Shown: positions 33,982 through 47,105, counted from the first letter of the whole stretch. The stretch is DNA of 55,763 bases, filler included, from Sphacelaria rigidula (GCA_964200075.2; 6 parts of 6 records of this genome joined end to end with filler, not necessarily neighbours in it); one strand, 5' to 3'. Notes: a model not told the origin generated them from the letters alone. Translations and numbers: made by a program.

Positions 33982-35196
33982 AACACACGCTAACAAGGCG
34001 TGGATTGCATCAAGGTAAACAGCAGAATCTACGTCGAAACCGATTTTTTTCCCCCATGCGCGTGTGCCAATACTCTGCATAATAAGGCCGCGATCAAGGT
34101 TGTGGCACGTGACGTGAAGGTTTAATATGCGGCGTTCCCCTCTCCCAAGATCCAGCGGATAGTCGAGCAAACGTCGATTGTTTATGGTGCGCGTTTCGAG
34201 ATCCACGCGTTCACTGAGAGAAATCGAGCTGAAAGTCCCTTGGGGTAAATACCTCTTTGGAATGGAGCAAGTCGTGAGAGGAACCGTTCCCGCAGCTTTC
34301 CTACCAGTCAAGTTGTTTCCGACGAATCACTCAGCTTAGCCAGGCCCAAGCACCGGGACCTTCACACTTCAACTGATGCGCACAATCAAGACTGTCCCCG
34401 CCATACCTCCAACGGATTTTCTTAGCGATCTTCACTACGTTCCGCCCCAACCAAACTGTCGCATACAAGCGGGTGTCCTATGTCGCGTACAAGCGGATGT
34501 CTCCGTAACCCCATCCAAAGCTAATACCTTAATGTTCGGCCCGAGTAACGCAACGAAATGCCGCAATGGTGTGTAGTCTCACACGCAACAACCGATTTGT
34601 GCAACTAGCGCTTTGACTTTGCCTAACGATCTGCATGGTTGAATTCACTCACGCTACACCCACCACTAGCGCCTCGTGTCTACGCCCAAAAGGCAAAACT
34701 ACCCCCGAGGTTAGCGTACAAGCCAACAGTCGAAAAGGGCGACCATCCTACCTCTCACCGTAGATACTCTATCCGAGGTTTCACGCCTCTTAAGACTTTC
34801 TGGAAGGTGAATGCTGCAGTGATCTGGTACGACTTCGCATTTGCCCGCATGGTCGCGCGCACCGCTACTGTAGTTTCCCCGTTGCTCATCCCCGCGTGTG
34901 TTGTACGAAGTGTGTTGATGTGTGACAGAAAAATTGATCACGACAGTTGTCGCTCGTCTCGCCATAGACTGACTTTCCGTAACAGTCGACGAAACGAGAT
35001 ATCCGAATAAAGTGTTGGGAGAAAGCACCAACAAAACCTCGAACGAAAATAGACAGCGTCGAAGTTCGCAACACGCAGCACCTTGGAAACCAAGCTCTAG
35101 CTCACGAAGGACACGCCACCACTGCGGTGTTGTTCCTTTTACAATCTAGCAAACCTATCTCCGTGGATCCTGATGGAACCTTGATCGAACCCTGGG

Positions 35197-36569
35197 TCAT
35201 ATTGCCTCAGTGATATACTCCGTGACTATTCTTGAGAAGGTCTTGGGATTCGTGAGGTGGCACAGGTGACCCCCTGGCAATCCCTGCTTTGCGCAGAAAC
35301 ACAAAAGGCAAAACGAGCACTGTTTTTAGGTTCAAGAGGGGGTGGCGGGCGGGGTTGCGTTACGAAACGAAAAAAATCACCGCCATCACAGCGACCTGCA
35401 TCTATCGAGAGCATGCGACCGTAAACCAAACGTCACCCATGAATCAAAATGGACACCGCATCTAGGAATCATGTGCAGCCATGTAGAAACCCCGGCATCA
35501 TAGAGCTTACGCCTCAAAAGGGACCAACATGGAATTTCTCATACGACGGCTTGGAGTTAACAGCGAGAGCCTAAACTGAGGTTTTTTCGTATAAATAGAG
35601 TTCGACTTACTAAAACCAAAGCAGCGGGCAAACCGGCTGCCTACGCAGACCTTGTTCACCAGCCAGCTCTTCGCAGCTGATTGTTGTTCCTGCAGATGTC
35701 TCCTTGATTTGACTTTCCATCATTAATTTCCGATATAATGTATGAATCGTACTCTGCGTACACCCGGATTGGACACCGCTATTAATAGCAGGTTGACTGG
35801 CACTGCACGTGTTACCACACCTTATACCGAGCGTCATCGCTGGTACCGTATTCGTAATATGTAGTACAACTGGGAACAGCGGGGGGGCAGCACGCCTATA
35901 TCGGCGTGTTTCGCTCGGATGAATGATATGATGTAATACGCCGACGCTGTGGTACAACGCTGCTGCGCGTCCGACTTCAGCTACCGCCCCTCACAAGAAG
36001 AGAAACCTTTAGCGCACAGTACAGAAAATGGAGTCACGCGTGCCAGTTTCCATCAAAAACGAGTTTAACACCTCCTTTCAGAAACGTAACGACCAAATAC
36101 TACTGAACGCTGGTTATCGACTGAACCCCATCTCCCGATCACAGCGTGACGTCTGTCATGACACCACGGCTGGACCCCTGGGGGGTCAGTTAAAGTGCGA
36201 CAATCTATCAATTAATCAATCAATCAGCGTGCCGCTAGACAAACCGTTCAACACGGGCTGGTAATTGCGACGACGTGATATTTTTCCATCGTGCCGTTGA
36301 CACGTGGTGAAAACGGTAGCCATGGGCACATTACGTTCAACACAGTGAATCGAAATTGAGTGTCATCACGCTGCGGCAACACGTGCTGAAAAGGGGGTGT
36401 ACGTATCTGTACGCATTGTATCTGAACATAATGCATCAACGGCAGGGCAACGAAAACGCACATGCTCTCGCGCGTCAGGGATGCCGTCAAGCAGCTGCTT
36501 GACCCCCGTGGCGGTGAAGCTGTCGTCCTTTCCGAACATCACTAGAGCACCGGTCTTGATGTTCTTGAG
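35197..36569 (-). CDS. Alpha/beta-fold hydrolase, last two exons
   Basis: 36569-36462 (LKNIKTGALVMFGKDDSFTATGVKQLLDGIPDAREH) plus 35283-35197 (GLPGGHLCHLTNPKTFSRIVTEYITEAI*), phase 0. Carries the acid (G..D) and GH catalytic-His motifs of an alpha/beta hydrolase C-terminus. Confidence 0.85.
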
Positions 36570-37350
36570 CTGGAAAGAGCAGTGAAACAAGGGGGATGGC
36601 GTGGGAACACACTGCTGAGCCAGCTCTTCATGCTGGCCCACCATTATCGCCACCGGTGCTGTTCAGGTTTCACCCCCGGCGTACACGTCGATAGAAACAT
36701 TTCTGGCTATGTTGTGTTTTGTGGGTTGTATACAGTAAACACACGATCTCAGCGTTCCTTCGGTGATGATCAAGATAGTGCAATACCGAGGTTATTTCCT
36801 GCTTCCGCCCCCTCCCCGTGCTTGGTGCGGCGAAAATTCGGTTTGCTCCACCCCGGCTTTGTAGGGATGCGACGTCAATGGTCATATGACGACGGCATGC
36901 CAGATCATAAGTACACTGCCCCCGCCCCCGCCCCTCTCCCGATGGGCTTCGCGCCGGTTGGCGATGACGCTATAAAATGCACGACTCACTGCGTAAGCTA
37001 GGCAACCAGGTTACCGGGTGTTTTTGCGCGCTTGCATTTTTTCACGGTAACCATGATGGTAGTCCAGCTAGATCATGTTGTGCGGCGTGGGAGAACCTCA
37101 ACTCCGCACAATGGGGTTGATCGTACTACGTAGTGTTTTCATGNNNNNNNNNNNNNNNNNNNNNNNNNNNNNNNNNNNNNNNNNNNNTTAATTAATTAAN
37201 NNNNNNNNNNNNNNNNNNNNNNNNNNNNNNNNNNNNNNNNNNNGTCACCGCCAAGCGACGCCACCCCCATCGGGGGTCCGCCCCTACAAAGCCGGGACGG
37301 AGCACGCCAGGTTCTCGCCGGACCAGGCACAGGGTAGACGGGCGAGGGTT

Positions 37351-37393
37351 GGCGGGGGGCATACTCATTTGTTGCTCGCCTTAGTCGGCCATT
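37351..37393 (-). repeat. Very short 3' end of family A LINE
   Basis: GGGGGGCATACTCATTTGTTGCTCGCCTTAGTC is the reverse complement of the family terminus. Confidence 0.8.
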
Positions 37394-39519
37394 TCTTTCT
37401 GTGCTTTGCTTGTGTTGACTTTTTATTATTATTTTTTGTCACGACTTATTCTGCTATGTCGTTCTGTTCGACCACTCTCTTTTTTTCTTTTTCTGTTCCT
37501 ATTTTTTTCTGCTTCTGTTCCTTTTTTTTCTTTTTTTTTTATTGGAGCGTGTTTGACTTTCGTTTTCCTTGGGTACGTCTATCATGAGACCACGGCTGGA
37601 CCCCGGGGGGGTCAGTTGAAGTGCGACAATCAATCAATCAAATCAATCAGTATACAGCGACATGGTCGAAAAAAACTCTGGCCGAAGAAAACAGAGACGC
37701 TCTTCCTCGTTCTGGTGTCTCCTGTGTTCATCGTGTACTCTAAGAAATTTCCGTTTTTCAGAATCAAAGTGTCAGATCCACTATCAGGGCTCCGCGTATC
37801 GCCTATTACGCGCATACTTTCAGGCACTGACAGCTGGGGTCGAAGGTCGAATCTCGCCCTCGTCGAAGGTAAACAGTGATGGGAATACATTGCACTATCT
37901 CATCAAGCGTTCGAAAATGAAAAATGTCGCAGGGTGACGTGGAGCTGAAGGGGTTTGCGGAGTGTGCTGTTTTAAGATTAGGTCTAGTTATCCCGCTTGC
38001 ACGGGAGCGTTCACACGTGATCTTAGTTAGACATAAATCTTAGTTAGACATGTATTTGTATGATACTGCTTGCTGTCTGTGTGTACCGAGGGGTGGTACG
38101 TGGTGTGCCACCCCTCGCTCCGCCACATCTTGTACAGCTGTCGGTGTTACAGCTGATCGTGCATTCGCCCTAGGTGGCGAACGCAGGAGTAAAAGGCCAC
38201 ATCTGCCGCTATAATGCCTGCTTGTATCTTCAGCGGAGCTGTATGGTAACACAGCCGATATGGCGCGCAAGCCGACTGTAACATTTCATACCGTGGAGAT
38301 TTCTAATCTGTCTTGAAGTGATACTGCGCGCAGTTCGCACTTTGAGTAGTTCCCACGTTGCAGTATGCATTAATTAATTAATAAACTAATTCAAGATTGT
38401 TTGGGGATGGATGGCTGTACTTTATTTTTGGACAAGGGAAAGGCAATATCTTCTATATTGTGCACAGTGCATTATTTTAAATTGTGTACCGACTATAGAA
38501 AGCTCTTACCCGGGGTGTATTATAACAATACAATTCCACATATATTAGGCGGTGAGATCGTGAAATAATTCACAGCACATGGCCGAAGTGAATCACCGAA
38601 ATATTCACGTGCAAAGCGTGTGCGGAGAAAATCTAAGTTGATAAGGCTAGAAGAATACCAGTGCAACGCCCACTCCGGCTGCCAGCCTGTTTGCACGGCC
38701 GTCCCGGTAGTGGTGAGACTGCCTGTACCGGGATGTCGCCCCCGGTACCAGGTACGCCGGCAAGGGCCCGTCGCGCAACCCACTGGTCGCGCGACAGGAG
38801 CTTGACCTTCGACTGTCGACCGTTGTGGAGCAGAAACCTTCACCTCCCAACCCTCATATATAGCGGACCGTAAACGATGCTTGTTTGCTGGGTTTCTTCG
38901 AGCGTTCATCCATAACTGGGCGAAGATTGATGTTAAGGCCAGCAGGATCCGTTGCAGTCAGTGTTCTCAACTGTCAACTGTACCCACTAAAATCGTCATC
39001 AGATAACAGGGTTGTGAGGAAAAAAGTCCGACGTACCGAGGATATCTACAGTTTCGATGCAGACCGGGCCATCAGCAACTTCTTCTGCTACAGCTGTGAC
39101 TCTGACCACCTTCCTCTGATACTAATCTACACACTCTCCAAGTTTCGGTGTCATCTGACGCGAGGTGTTCATTCTCTTCACGGCTGATCTGCCAAAACAC
39201 CGCATCCATCATATCGAAAAGGAATAACACTGAAAAAGCGTACAGAACGAAAAATGGCGTCTTCGTCCATGTTAAAACGCCATCTTACGCGAGTGAGGAG
39301 TTCGGGATGGCGGATTTCTGCGGAAGGGGGTGTTATCGGGAGTAATTGGTTGATACTGAAGTATAGTAAAAGTAATATAATAACTGAAGGGCATACTACT
39401 CGCTATTTGAATACGGCATTTTCACAACCCCGGCGGCGAATTATTAATCGAACGCAGATTCGTGGTGTACGTTCAAAATCAAATTTGCCCATTTTTCCCC
39501 GGCTGATGGTATTAATAGG

Positions 39520-40781
39520 CAGCCGGGGGCTTGTATGTAAATGCCTGAGGACAGTCCCTAGAGCAACTTCGACTGGGTAAGAGCGATGACGAAGAACACC
39601 GCGCTGTATCTTATCCTGTATTCTCCAAAGGCGACCCTCAGTGGTTCATCGTCGACGCTTCGTCGCATTAACATATCGCCGGAGTGTATGCAGGCAAGCA
39701 AGCAATGGCCTCTGGCCAGCGGTTGTAGACTCAACATCACTCGTCTCCTTTGCACCGGCGCCTGCCCCGCGGTGCTAATATCTATTGTCGGCAGACCGCT
39801 GTACCACTGAATGGAAACTGTAATCTACATGCTACTATGCCGGGAGTACAGGACTGTACCGTCTGTACTGCACGTGTTCAAACCTTTAGTAACATGGTTA
39901 CTGTACACCTACCCCACGGGCCTGTTGACCGAAATATTATGTCAAAACGAGGCCCGGTGCTCAAAGGGTTAAGCCGCAACCCTTAGAGCGCCGGAAGCCT
40001 CACATCACCCCTACATCGACTGCAAAAACGCAGGCGAGAAACGGTGGCTTCGACCATATTCAAAACTCCATAATACGCGGGTGGGGTTTGGGACTCCGAA
40101 TTCCTGCGCAAGGGGTTGCTATCGGGGGTATGTGGGTGAAATGGAAGAAGAGTAGACCCAAGATATACCCAGACTGATCATTCACTTGCGATTTGACTGA
40201 GGCGATGTTGCAACTGCGGCGGTTGTGATGGACTTGGAAAACTTTGTGGTCGTTGCCACGTGCGTTCAACATAACATTTGCCCATCTTCGTAGCCACGGC
40301 CTTGTCTGCAAGTGGTTGATGACTGTCCCCAGTGCAACTTCGACTGGGTGAGAGAGATGACAGAGAACACCGTGCCGTGTCATACCATGTATTCTCCAAA
40401 GGCGTTTCGCACAACACGTCGTCCTAGAAAACATAGGTAAGTGATGGCCTCTGGCCAACGGTTGTGGGGTCACCATCACTCAATCATCTCCGTTGCACCG
40501 GCGCATCCACCGCGGTGCCGGTATATGTTGTCGGGAGACCGCTGTACTATATGTAAAATGCCATCTACATGCTACTAGATAGTAATTACTGTCCTGTTCG
40601 AATTGTTCGTTTTTAAAATCTATTTTGCATCCTTTTGTACGGAGGCAGTACAGACGGTCGGTCCTCCCTGTACTTCACGTTGTTCAGTTTTGTTTTTAGT
40701 ACATCGCATGGTTGCATGTATCCCGCGAGACTGTCAGCTGAAATTTTGCACCGAAACGAGGCCCGGCGCTCAACGGGTTGA
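39520..40781 (+). repeat. Two diverged direct repeats (~39520-39972 and ~40292-40781) ending in piggyBac-like ...AAAGGG|TTAA
   Basis: Shared blocks GCAACTTCGACTGGGT, TATTCTCCAAAGGCG, TGGCCTCTGGCCA, AGACCGCTGTAC, ATCTACATGCTACTA and AAACGAGGCCCGG.GCTCAA.GGGTT.A. Confidence 0.8.
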
Positions 40782-42152
40782 TTTTGTCCAAGACGAAGGC
40801 ATCAGAAATGCCGAAACTTGACATTGGAAATGCCTGTTCAACATTTGTCTTGGGGTTATCCATATCATGAACGTTGAAGTGTATTGCCGCGAGAGGTCGA
40901 TCTTTCAGTGCACAATTGGTACAACGTACCCACTCTAGTAAAGCAGCACGAGATGGTACTCACACTATACTTCACAGGCAGGCAGTGCTTGGGAACGCCG
41001 TGTTAGGATCACCCCTCGAATCCTCTGATCAAGGACCGAAGTGCAGAAAATCTTTGATCGCGATTGTCCCGGCGACTATGGTGCGCTGCTGGCACTTGAA
41101 CGTGTGCTGGGTAGAAGAAGACGTAACTGGGAGTTTTTTCATTCCACCTGTTCGGAGAGGTGGAAACTTTAAACTTCCGTCGAGACACTCGCGTTTGAGC
41201 AACAGACAGGTGTGAGTATCAGGCCATGTCCTTGTAAAACACACCCACATACATCGGGATTTTGTCATTCCTCGAGATTTGTTCGGGATCGTTCCTCGGG
41301 AGCGGATGTCCGTCTCTTCGTGTTATCGTGTATTGCGTCACCAGAGTGTTTCAGTACGCTCCAGAAATGGCCGGCCCTTCTTTGCCACTCTATCGACAGG
41401 TGTCCATATTCACCTCCACATGCAAGAGCAGCCGAGAGGTCGTGCGTTCAGTTCGCGGTAACACGACTGATGGAAACACATCATTATCTTCTGAAGCTGC
41501 GAGACTAGCGCCGTACTTGTCCTTGATTTTTTTTATTTATCGATTATCGTTCATTAACTAATCCCCGAGGAATCCAGCTGTGGTTATCGTCCACAAGATA
41601 GACGCATCCAAGGTAAACAAAACAGCAACATTCGATAAATGAAATTTGACAAAGACAAAGAGACGACAAAGAGGAGAAGAACAAAATATGGATCAAACGG
41701 GAAACGCTCAGCAAAAAAAAGAGAGGAACAAAGCACATGAAAAAGGAGCAACACTGAACAGTGAGAAAAAGGAAAAGGGAATAAAAAACACAGCAACAGC
41801 AAGAGGAAGGGGAAGGGAAACGAATTTATGAAACACCGAGACCACGCAAAACATGTGTACGAACACAACTAGGAACATCGCTGAGGTCGCAAGTCACGGA
41901 AAAAAGTCAATAGCCGATAAGATGAGACACGTTTTTTTTTGTCTTACTCCAGCTTGAAGAGATCAATGCACCATATCGTGCGGACGACTCATACCTCGGT
42001 TCGTACATTTCCCCCCCCTTTTTTAATGTTTTTATCTCCTTTTTGTTGTACTTTCAGCCCGCCCCCATTCCCAGCCTCCCTCCTTGACACAAGTCCATAG
42101 TCTCCGAAGGTCAAGCCATTTCTCCTTCTGTACACTTCATGCGTAATCTTTT

Positions 42153-42982
42153 CAGAGCTCTGCACGTTACACGTTACACGTTCACGTTACGTTTCGTTTG
42201 GTACGTTAAAGTTTTTAACGTTTCGTGAATGTTTCATTTTGAAAGTAAACGGCCACGTTACGTCACGTTTATCGCGTTAAAAAAGTTAATGTTACGTTCC
42301 GTTACATGTATAGTGATATGAAACGTTTCAATGTCACGTGTAACGTCTACTATAACGATCCATTGGCACGCGCAACCTTCGAATATAAGGTTTCATGCGG
42401 TGCCTGTCGCGGCTCATTTACCAGTGTTTAAGGCGTTGTAACGTGCCGTGTAACGCGTGACGTTACCGTGTGCGTGACGGTGACGGTGACCCGTCGTAGG
42501 TTTGAGCGTAGACACATTATAGATGCTGCTGCTGCAGACAACGGCCGAGATTGGATGGCGGCTGCGGCACTCCCTGGTTGTGAACCCGCCGATGCCCACC
42601 CTGGATCCATGTCATGTACTTGTTTCACGTGAACGTGACGTGAACGGGTATGTTACACCCGGTCTCTTCTATTGATATGAAAGTGGATGATATTATATTA
42701 TTATGATGTGTTGCAACGATAACTTGTAGTGTGTGTTTTGGCGCGGAGCGCGCGAACTCGTTGAAATAGTATGTCCTATACCATGGACATTCAAACTAAC
42801 TATTTTTTTATTGAAGCACAATCTTCTAGGATTTCGAATTTCATTCCAAACTTGAAGTGTGCACCGCTACATGTAAAGTGTTTATGGCGTTTCATGTGAC
42901 GTGAAACGTCTAATGCACGTGTGAAGTCTAATATGCGTGTAACGTATCATACCCATTGAACGCCTAAAACACGTATAACGTC
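42153..42982. mobile_element. Probable non-autonomous hAT-like element with dense ACGTTA/TAACGT subterminal repeats, interrupted by RTE
   Basis: Begins CAGAGCTCTGCACG and carries many CGTTAC/GTAACG/CACGTG motifs in both orientations. The partner TIR is not in the fragment. Confidence 0.5.
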
Positions 42983-45900
42983 TCCTTCCCCCAGCCTCGA
43001 CCTCGAGCGCCGAGGCCGGGTTGGGCCGGCTGACAGTAGCGGCCCAAGGAAATACGCAGGATTTCGGCTAGTACGGAGAATCAGTGACACCCACTGCCAA
43101 ACTGCTCCGTACCACAGCTACGTGATTCGCACTGTCAAAGTGACACCGTACATTTGCTGCTTCACGGCGATGATATCGGAACACACCCTACCCCTGCCGG
43201 CGGGGGCCGGTAATCCGTCTGACCATCGCCACCGCCGAAAGCATTGCTACCGTAGCTCTGAGAGCAGACACCGGCGTGCATGGAAGCACAAAGGTCAACT
43301 TGGTGGAGGTCGACGTGCGCGGGATCCGCTGAACCCCGCGCAGGAACAACGAGGCATGAGCCAGAGTAGGCAGAATAGTGCGTGGAAGCAGAGAAAAGCC
43401 CACAAACGCTGGGTCAAATACCAACAGGAAAGGGGCATAGCAAAACGAAGGAAGAGAAGGAGGAAAATACCAGCCCGGCGAGTCGCCAAGGGTCATGCTC
43501 GCGCCCGTCGCACCACCGCAAGGGCGGAGTTTTGATCCAAAGAGCTGGTGGTGGACACTTGGAATGTACGCACTATGACCGAGAGAGATTCCAACAGCAC
43601 AGGCCACGCCGGGGACCTGCCGCTTTTTGCATACAGATGCAAGTGTGATTTCGTCGCCGTCCAAGAAAACCGGCGCGATGGGCGAACAATCTTCCACGCA
43701 CCGGCAGCAGGGTACGTCGTTCACTGCAGTGGCCACTGCCATAGAGACGGGGGTAAACCGGGAATGCTCAGAGTCGGTCTCGACGTTCGTGAGCCTATCG
43801 CCAGCACGCTGGGCCCAGAAGCCATCGCCCCCGAACACGTGAGTGCTAGGATCCTCAAGGTACGAGTTGCTTTCAGGCATGGAGTTGCAACAACCTTCAT
43901 CGTAGGGTATGCTCGTACGAGACAGCACAACGTGCTGAAAAGACCAAGTTCTGGAAGGCCATCAGTAGTTCCATCGCAAAAGTGCTCACCAACGAGCACC
44001 TAGTACTCATGATGGGTACCAATGCTCGTACCGGAAAGAGAGAAAGAGGAGGCACGGATGACGTTCGGGTACTGGGAGAGTATGGCAGAGACACCCAGAA
44101 TGATAATCGTAGACGCCTGCTGAAATGCGCTGCTGAACACAAAATGGCCATCACCAACACATTTTTTCGCACACCAATGCGCGGGGAAAGCTCGACCGCA
44201 TACACATATGCGGGGCCGAAGGCCGAATACCGCTGGCGCCTGGACTACATCCTAGTACGTCAGCAAGACCGCAGACTCGTCCGAAATGTCATGTGCACCC
44301 CGATATGAAGTTGAACCATCGTCTGATGTCAGCCACCATCCTCCTCCTCGGACGCAACACTCTCAACCGCCAATAGAAACCAAGAGGCGGGGATAGGAGA
44401 GTGCGTGTCGACCGTAACGCACCCGACCGGCGCTGGAGAGCGACTGTTTCATTTCACAGGCCATTGTCGCCAAGCTTCCGAATGTCACAAATTCCCCGCA
44501 GTAATGGACATCAACGACGTGGCATATACCTCCGCCGACGCCCTGCGACGAACGGCCGAGGATACACTCTTTCGATGCCCCAAGAAAACCCAATCTAAAG
44601 GTTTCAGTGAGTCAACTCAAGCTCAGGTTCGTCTCCGGAAGCCGTGGGATCCCAGGGGAAGTGTGTGGAAGAATCTGCGAGCAAACCCGAAAGACGCTGT
44701 CCTAAAGAAGGCGCTCAAGGTAACGGACAAAGCGTTCAAGCGGGTGAAGGATGCTGAGCTGCGGAACTTCGTTCACGAGTTCACAGTCCAGACCGCGGAG
44801 TTTGTTCGCGAGAACGATCAAGCAGGATTGTACCAGCATGTCAAGTCCTTGGGCCTGTAAGGGAAAAAACAGAGCGACTCAACTTACATCAGGAGCACGA
44901 CTGGCGAGCTGTTGCGGCACGAGCAAGCTATCCTTCAACGATGGAAGGAATGCTTCGAAACACTGCTGAACGCAACCCCACCTACGATCGGCCACTCTGT
45001 CATCGATCTCATCAAACAGATGCCGGAGCACGCACCACTTGCGGCGGAGCCCTTGACGGCAGAAGTGAAGGAAGCGGCGGGCAAGCTAGCAAACGGCAAG
45101 GGGGCAAGGCCGTTGAGACGGACAACATCTGTGGCGAACTATTGGAGCTCGGCCGCACCGAAGACTGCCATTCTGAAGTGCCTACACAACATCGTGCTCG
45201 CCGTGTGGCGTCAGGAAGTAGTGCCGCAGGAATGGAAATACACCATCATGAAAGTGCTTTTCAAGAAACAGGATCCGCACGAATGCGGCAACTACCGTGG
45301 TATTTCTTTCGGATCTCACGCGGGCAAGGTGATACTCGAGATAGTCGCGACTCGCCTCAGCGCTTATTGCGAGTCAAAGGGAATCCTCCTAGAAGCACAA
45401 CGCGGTTGCCGACCTGGCCGTTCCACAGTCGACATGATGTTCGTTGTGCGCAGGCTCCAAGAGCTGGCCAGAGAGAAGAATGTTCCTCTGTACATGAGCT
45501 TCATCGACCTCCAAAAGGCATACGACTCAGTGGACCGCTCTCTTCTCTGGAAAGTTTTAGCACGCTACGGTATCCTCGCCAAGGTAAGTTCCATCATCCG
45601 CTAATTCCACGACGCCATGCGGGCATGCTTACGCCTGGACAGCGGCGAGACATCTGAGAGGTTTGACGTAAACGAGGGCCTCCGCCAAGGATGTGTGGTT
45701 TCCCTCGGTCTGTTCAACATTTTTTTCGCGGCGGTGCTGACAGTAATGTTCGACCGCTTCTCGATCAATAAGCGGTGGTGCAACACTTCATCCGCATCGC
45801 TAAAAGGGGCGGGAAGACCAGGGATGAACTCAGGAAAGTGCTCTGGGCTATGCTATACGCCGACGACGCTGACATCGCTTCGCGGTTCCGGGTAAGCCTG

Positions 45901-46453
45901 GCAAAGATGATGACGGCCGTCGCATTCGGTCTCGTCGTCGCGGAAAAGAAGACGATCACCATGAAAATGCGCTGTCCGAACGTGGAGACGGATGCGATCG
46001 AGGTGGAGGCAGCGTGCCAAAGATACAAGCAAGTTGATTCGTTGCTCTACCTTAGCGGGAAAACCAGCAGCATCGGTGAGGTTACTCCCGAGATCCACAG
46101 CTGCATTGGCCAGATCTGGACGTGCTTCTACAAATCGGTATACGACAACCCGTACATCGCCCTCGCCACCAAGGTTCGTCTCCTAACGACTGAAGGGATC
46201 GAGGTAATGCTGTACGGCTGCGTGACCTGGACGACCGCACACGACAATTTCGGTGCGTTACGGGAGGCCCATCGAGGATTCCTGCTGAGGTGCCTCAGTA
46301 AGCATACCACGAGATCCTCGAACGAACTAGCTGCGAGTGCATTGAGGCTGGCGTGATGAAGCGAATCCTCCTGCACGCGGGCCGCGTTGTGCGCATGCAC
46401 GATGAACGCCTCCCCAACATCGTCATGCGTGGAGTCATGGTTGGGGGGAATAT
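42983..46453 (+). mobile_element. RTE-clade non-LTR retrotransposon, near full length including 5' region, decayed
   Basis: APE: TWNVRTM, DFVAVQE, GTNARTG, ITNTFF, LDYILV. RT: CGNYRGIS, MMFVVRRLQE, FIDLQKAYDSVDR, GLRQGCV, LYADD. Downstream LYGCVTW and ERLPNIVMRG. Frameshifted and cut by the fragment end. Confidence 0.93.
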
Positions 46454-46553
46454 NNNNNNNNNNNNNNNNNNNNNNNNNNNNNNNNNNNNNNNNNNNNTTA
46501 ATTAATTAANNNNNNNNNNNNNNNNNNNNNNNNNNNNNNNNNNNNNNNNNNNN

Positions 46554-46642
46554 TTTGTGGCTTGGTTAAATTAGGTGACCATGGCGCAGGCATCCCTTTC
46601 GAGACGGAGCACCGTTCCTACTCCTACTAGAGACACCTCCAA
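46554..46642 (-). repeat. 3' fragment of family A LINE
   Basis: GCATCCCTTTCGAGACGGAGCACCGTTCCTACTCCTA matches the reverse complement of 24590-24640 and 20771-20790. Confidence 0.8.
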
Positions 46643-46645
46643 TCG

Positions 46646-46861
46646 TAGGGGCGGGGGGGTATTTCGGGCCACTCTTGCACGAAATTCCTAGTCAAATCGT
46701 GGTCGAAAGCAGTAACGGTTATTCGAATGCGCTTGTCATATATAACGCTCATTCATACTGCTTGACACCATTTTTAACCCAACACCAGCGCACCGCGAGT
46801 GTGGCAGGTCTTACGACCCACCTATGAGCCTTTTTTTCGTGCAATCAAATACCCTCCACTA
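46646..46861. mobile_element. MITE with TAGGG...GGGTATTT / AAATACCC...CTA ends; the right end of a second copy lies at 27934-28014
   Basis: Imperfect TIRs GGGTATTT..TGCACGAAA and TTTCGTGCA..AAATACCC. 46790-46856 aligns with 27936-28000. Confidence 0.65.
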
Positions 46862-46980
46862 GGTAAGGTTCCAACAGCGTCGAGAGCTCAACGGAACAGA
46901 TCCATCTTATGCACTCGGGGTTCCACTCTTTGATGTGTACCCTGTACAAGCTCAGCTCAGTTCAACCGCCCACCGCCCAG

Positions 46981-47105
46981 GCTCACAGCCCGTCCTGAAT
47001 ATCGAGAGAAAATACCCCTCTTTGGAGATCCTTCGACAACTGGGCTACGACAGCGACCTTCTTCAGGAACAAACGGAGATCATCAGGGCCGCCCGCAGTA
47101 CGTAG
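46981..47105 (+). CDS. Candidate terminal exon of an unidentified gene
   Basis: cccag|GC TCA CAG CCC... gives SQPVLNIERKYPSLEILRQLGYDSDLLQEQTEIIRAARST*, with GC3-rich codons. No upstream partner in the fragment. Confidence 0.45.

Noticed and set aside
43188-43928. 246-aa minus-strand ORF
   Set aside because: Antisense shadow of the GC-rich RTE coding region.
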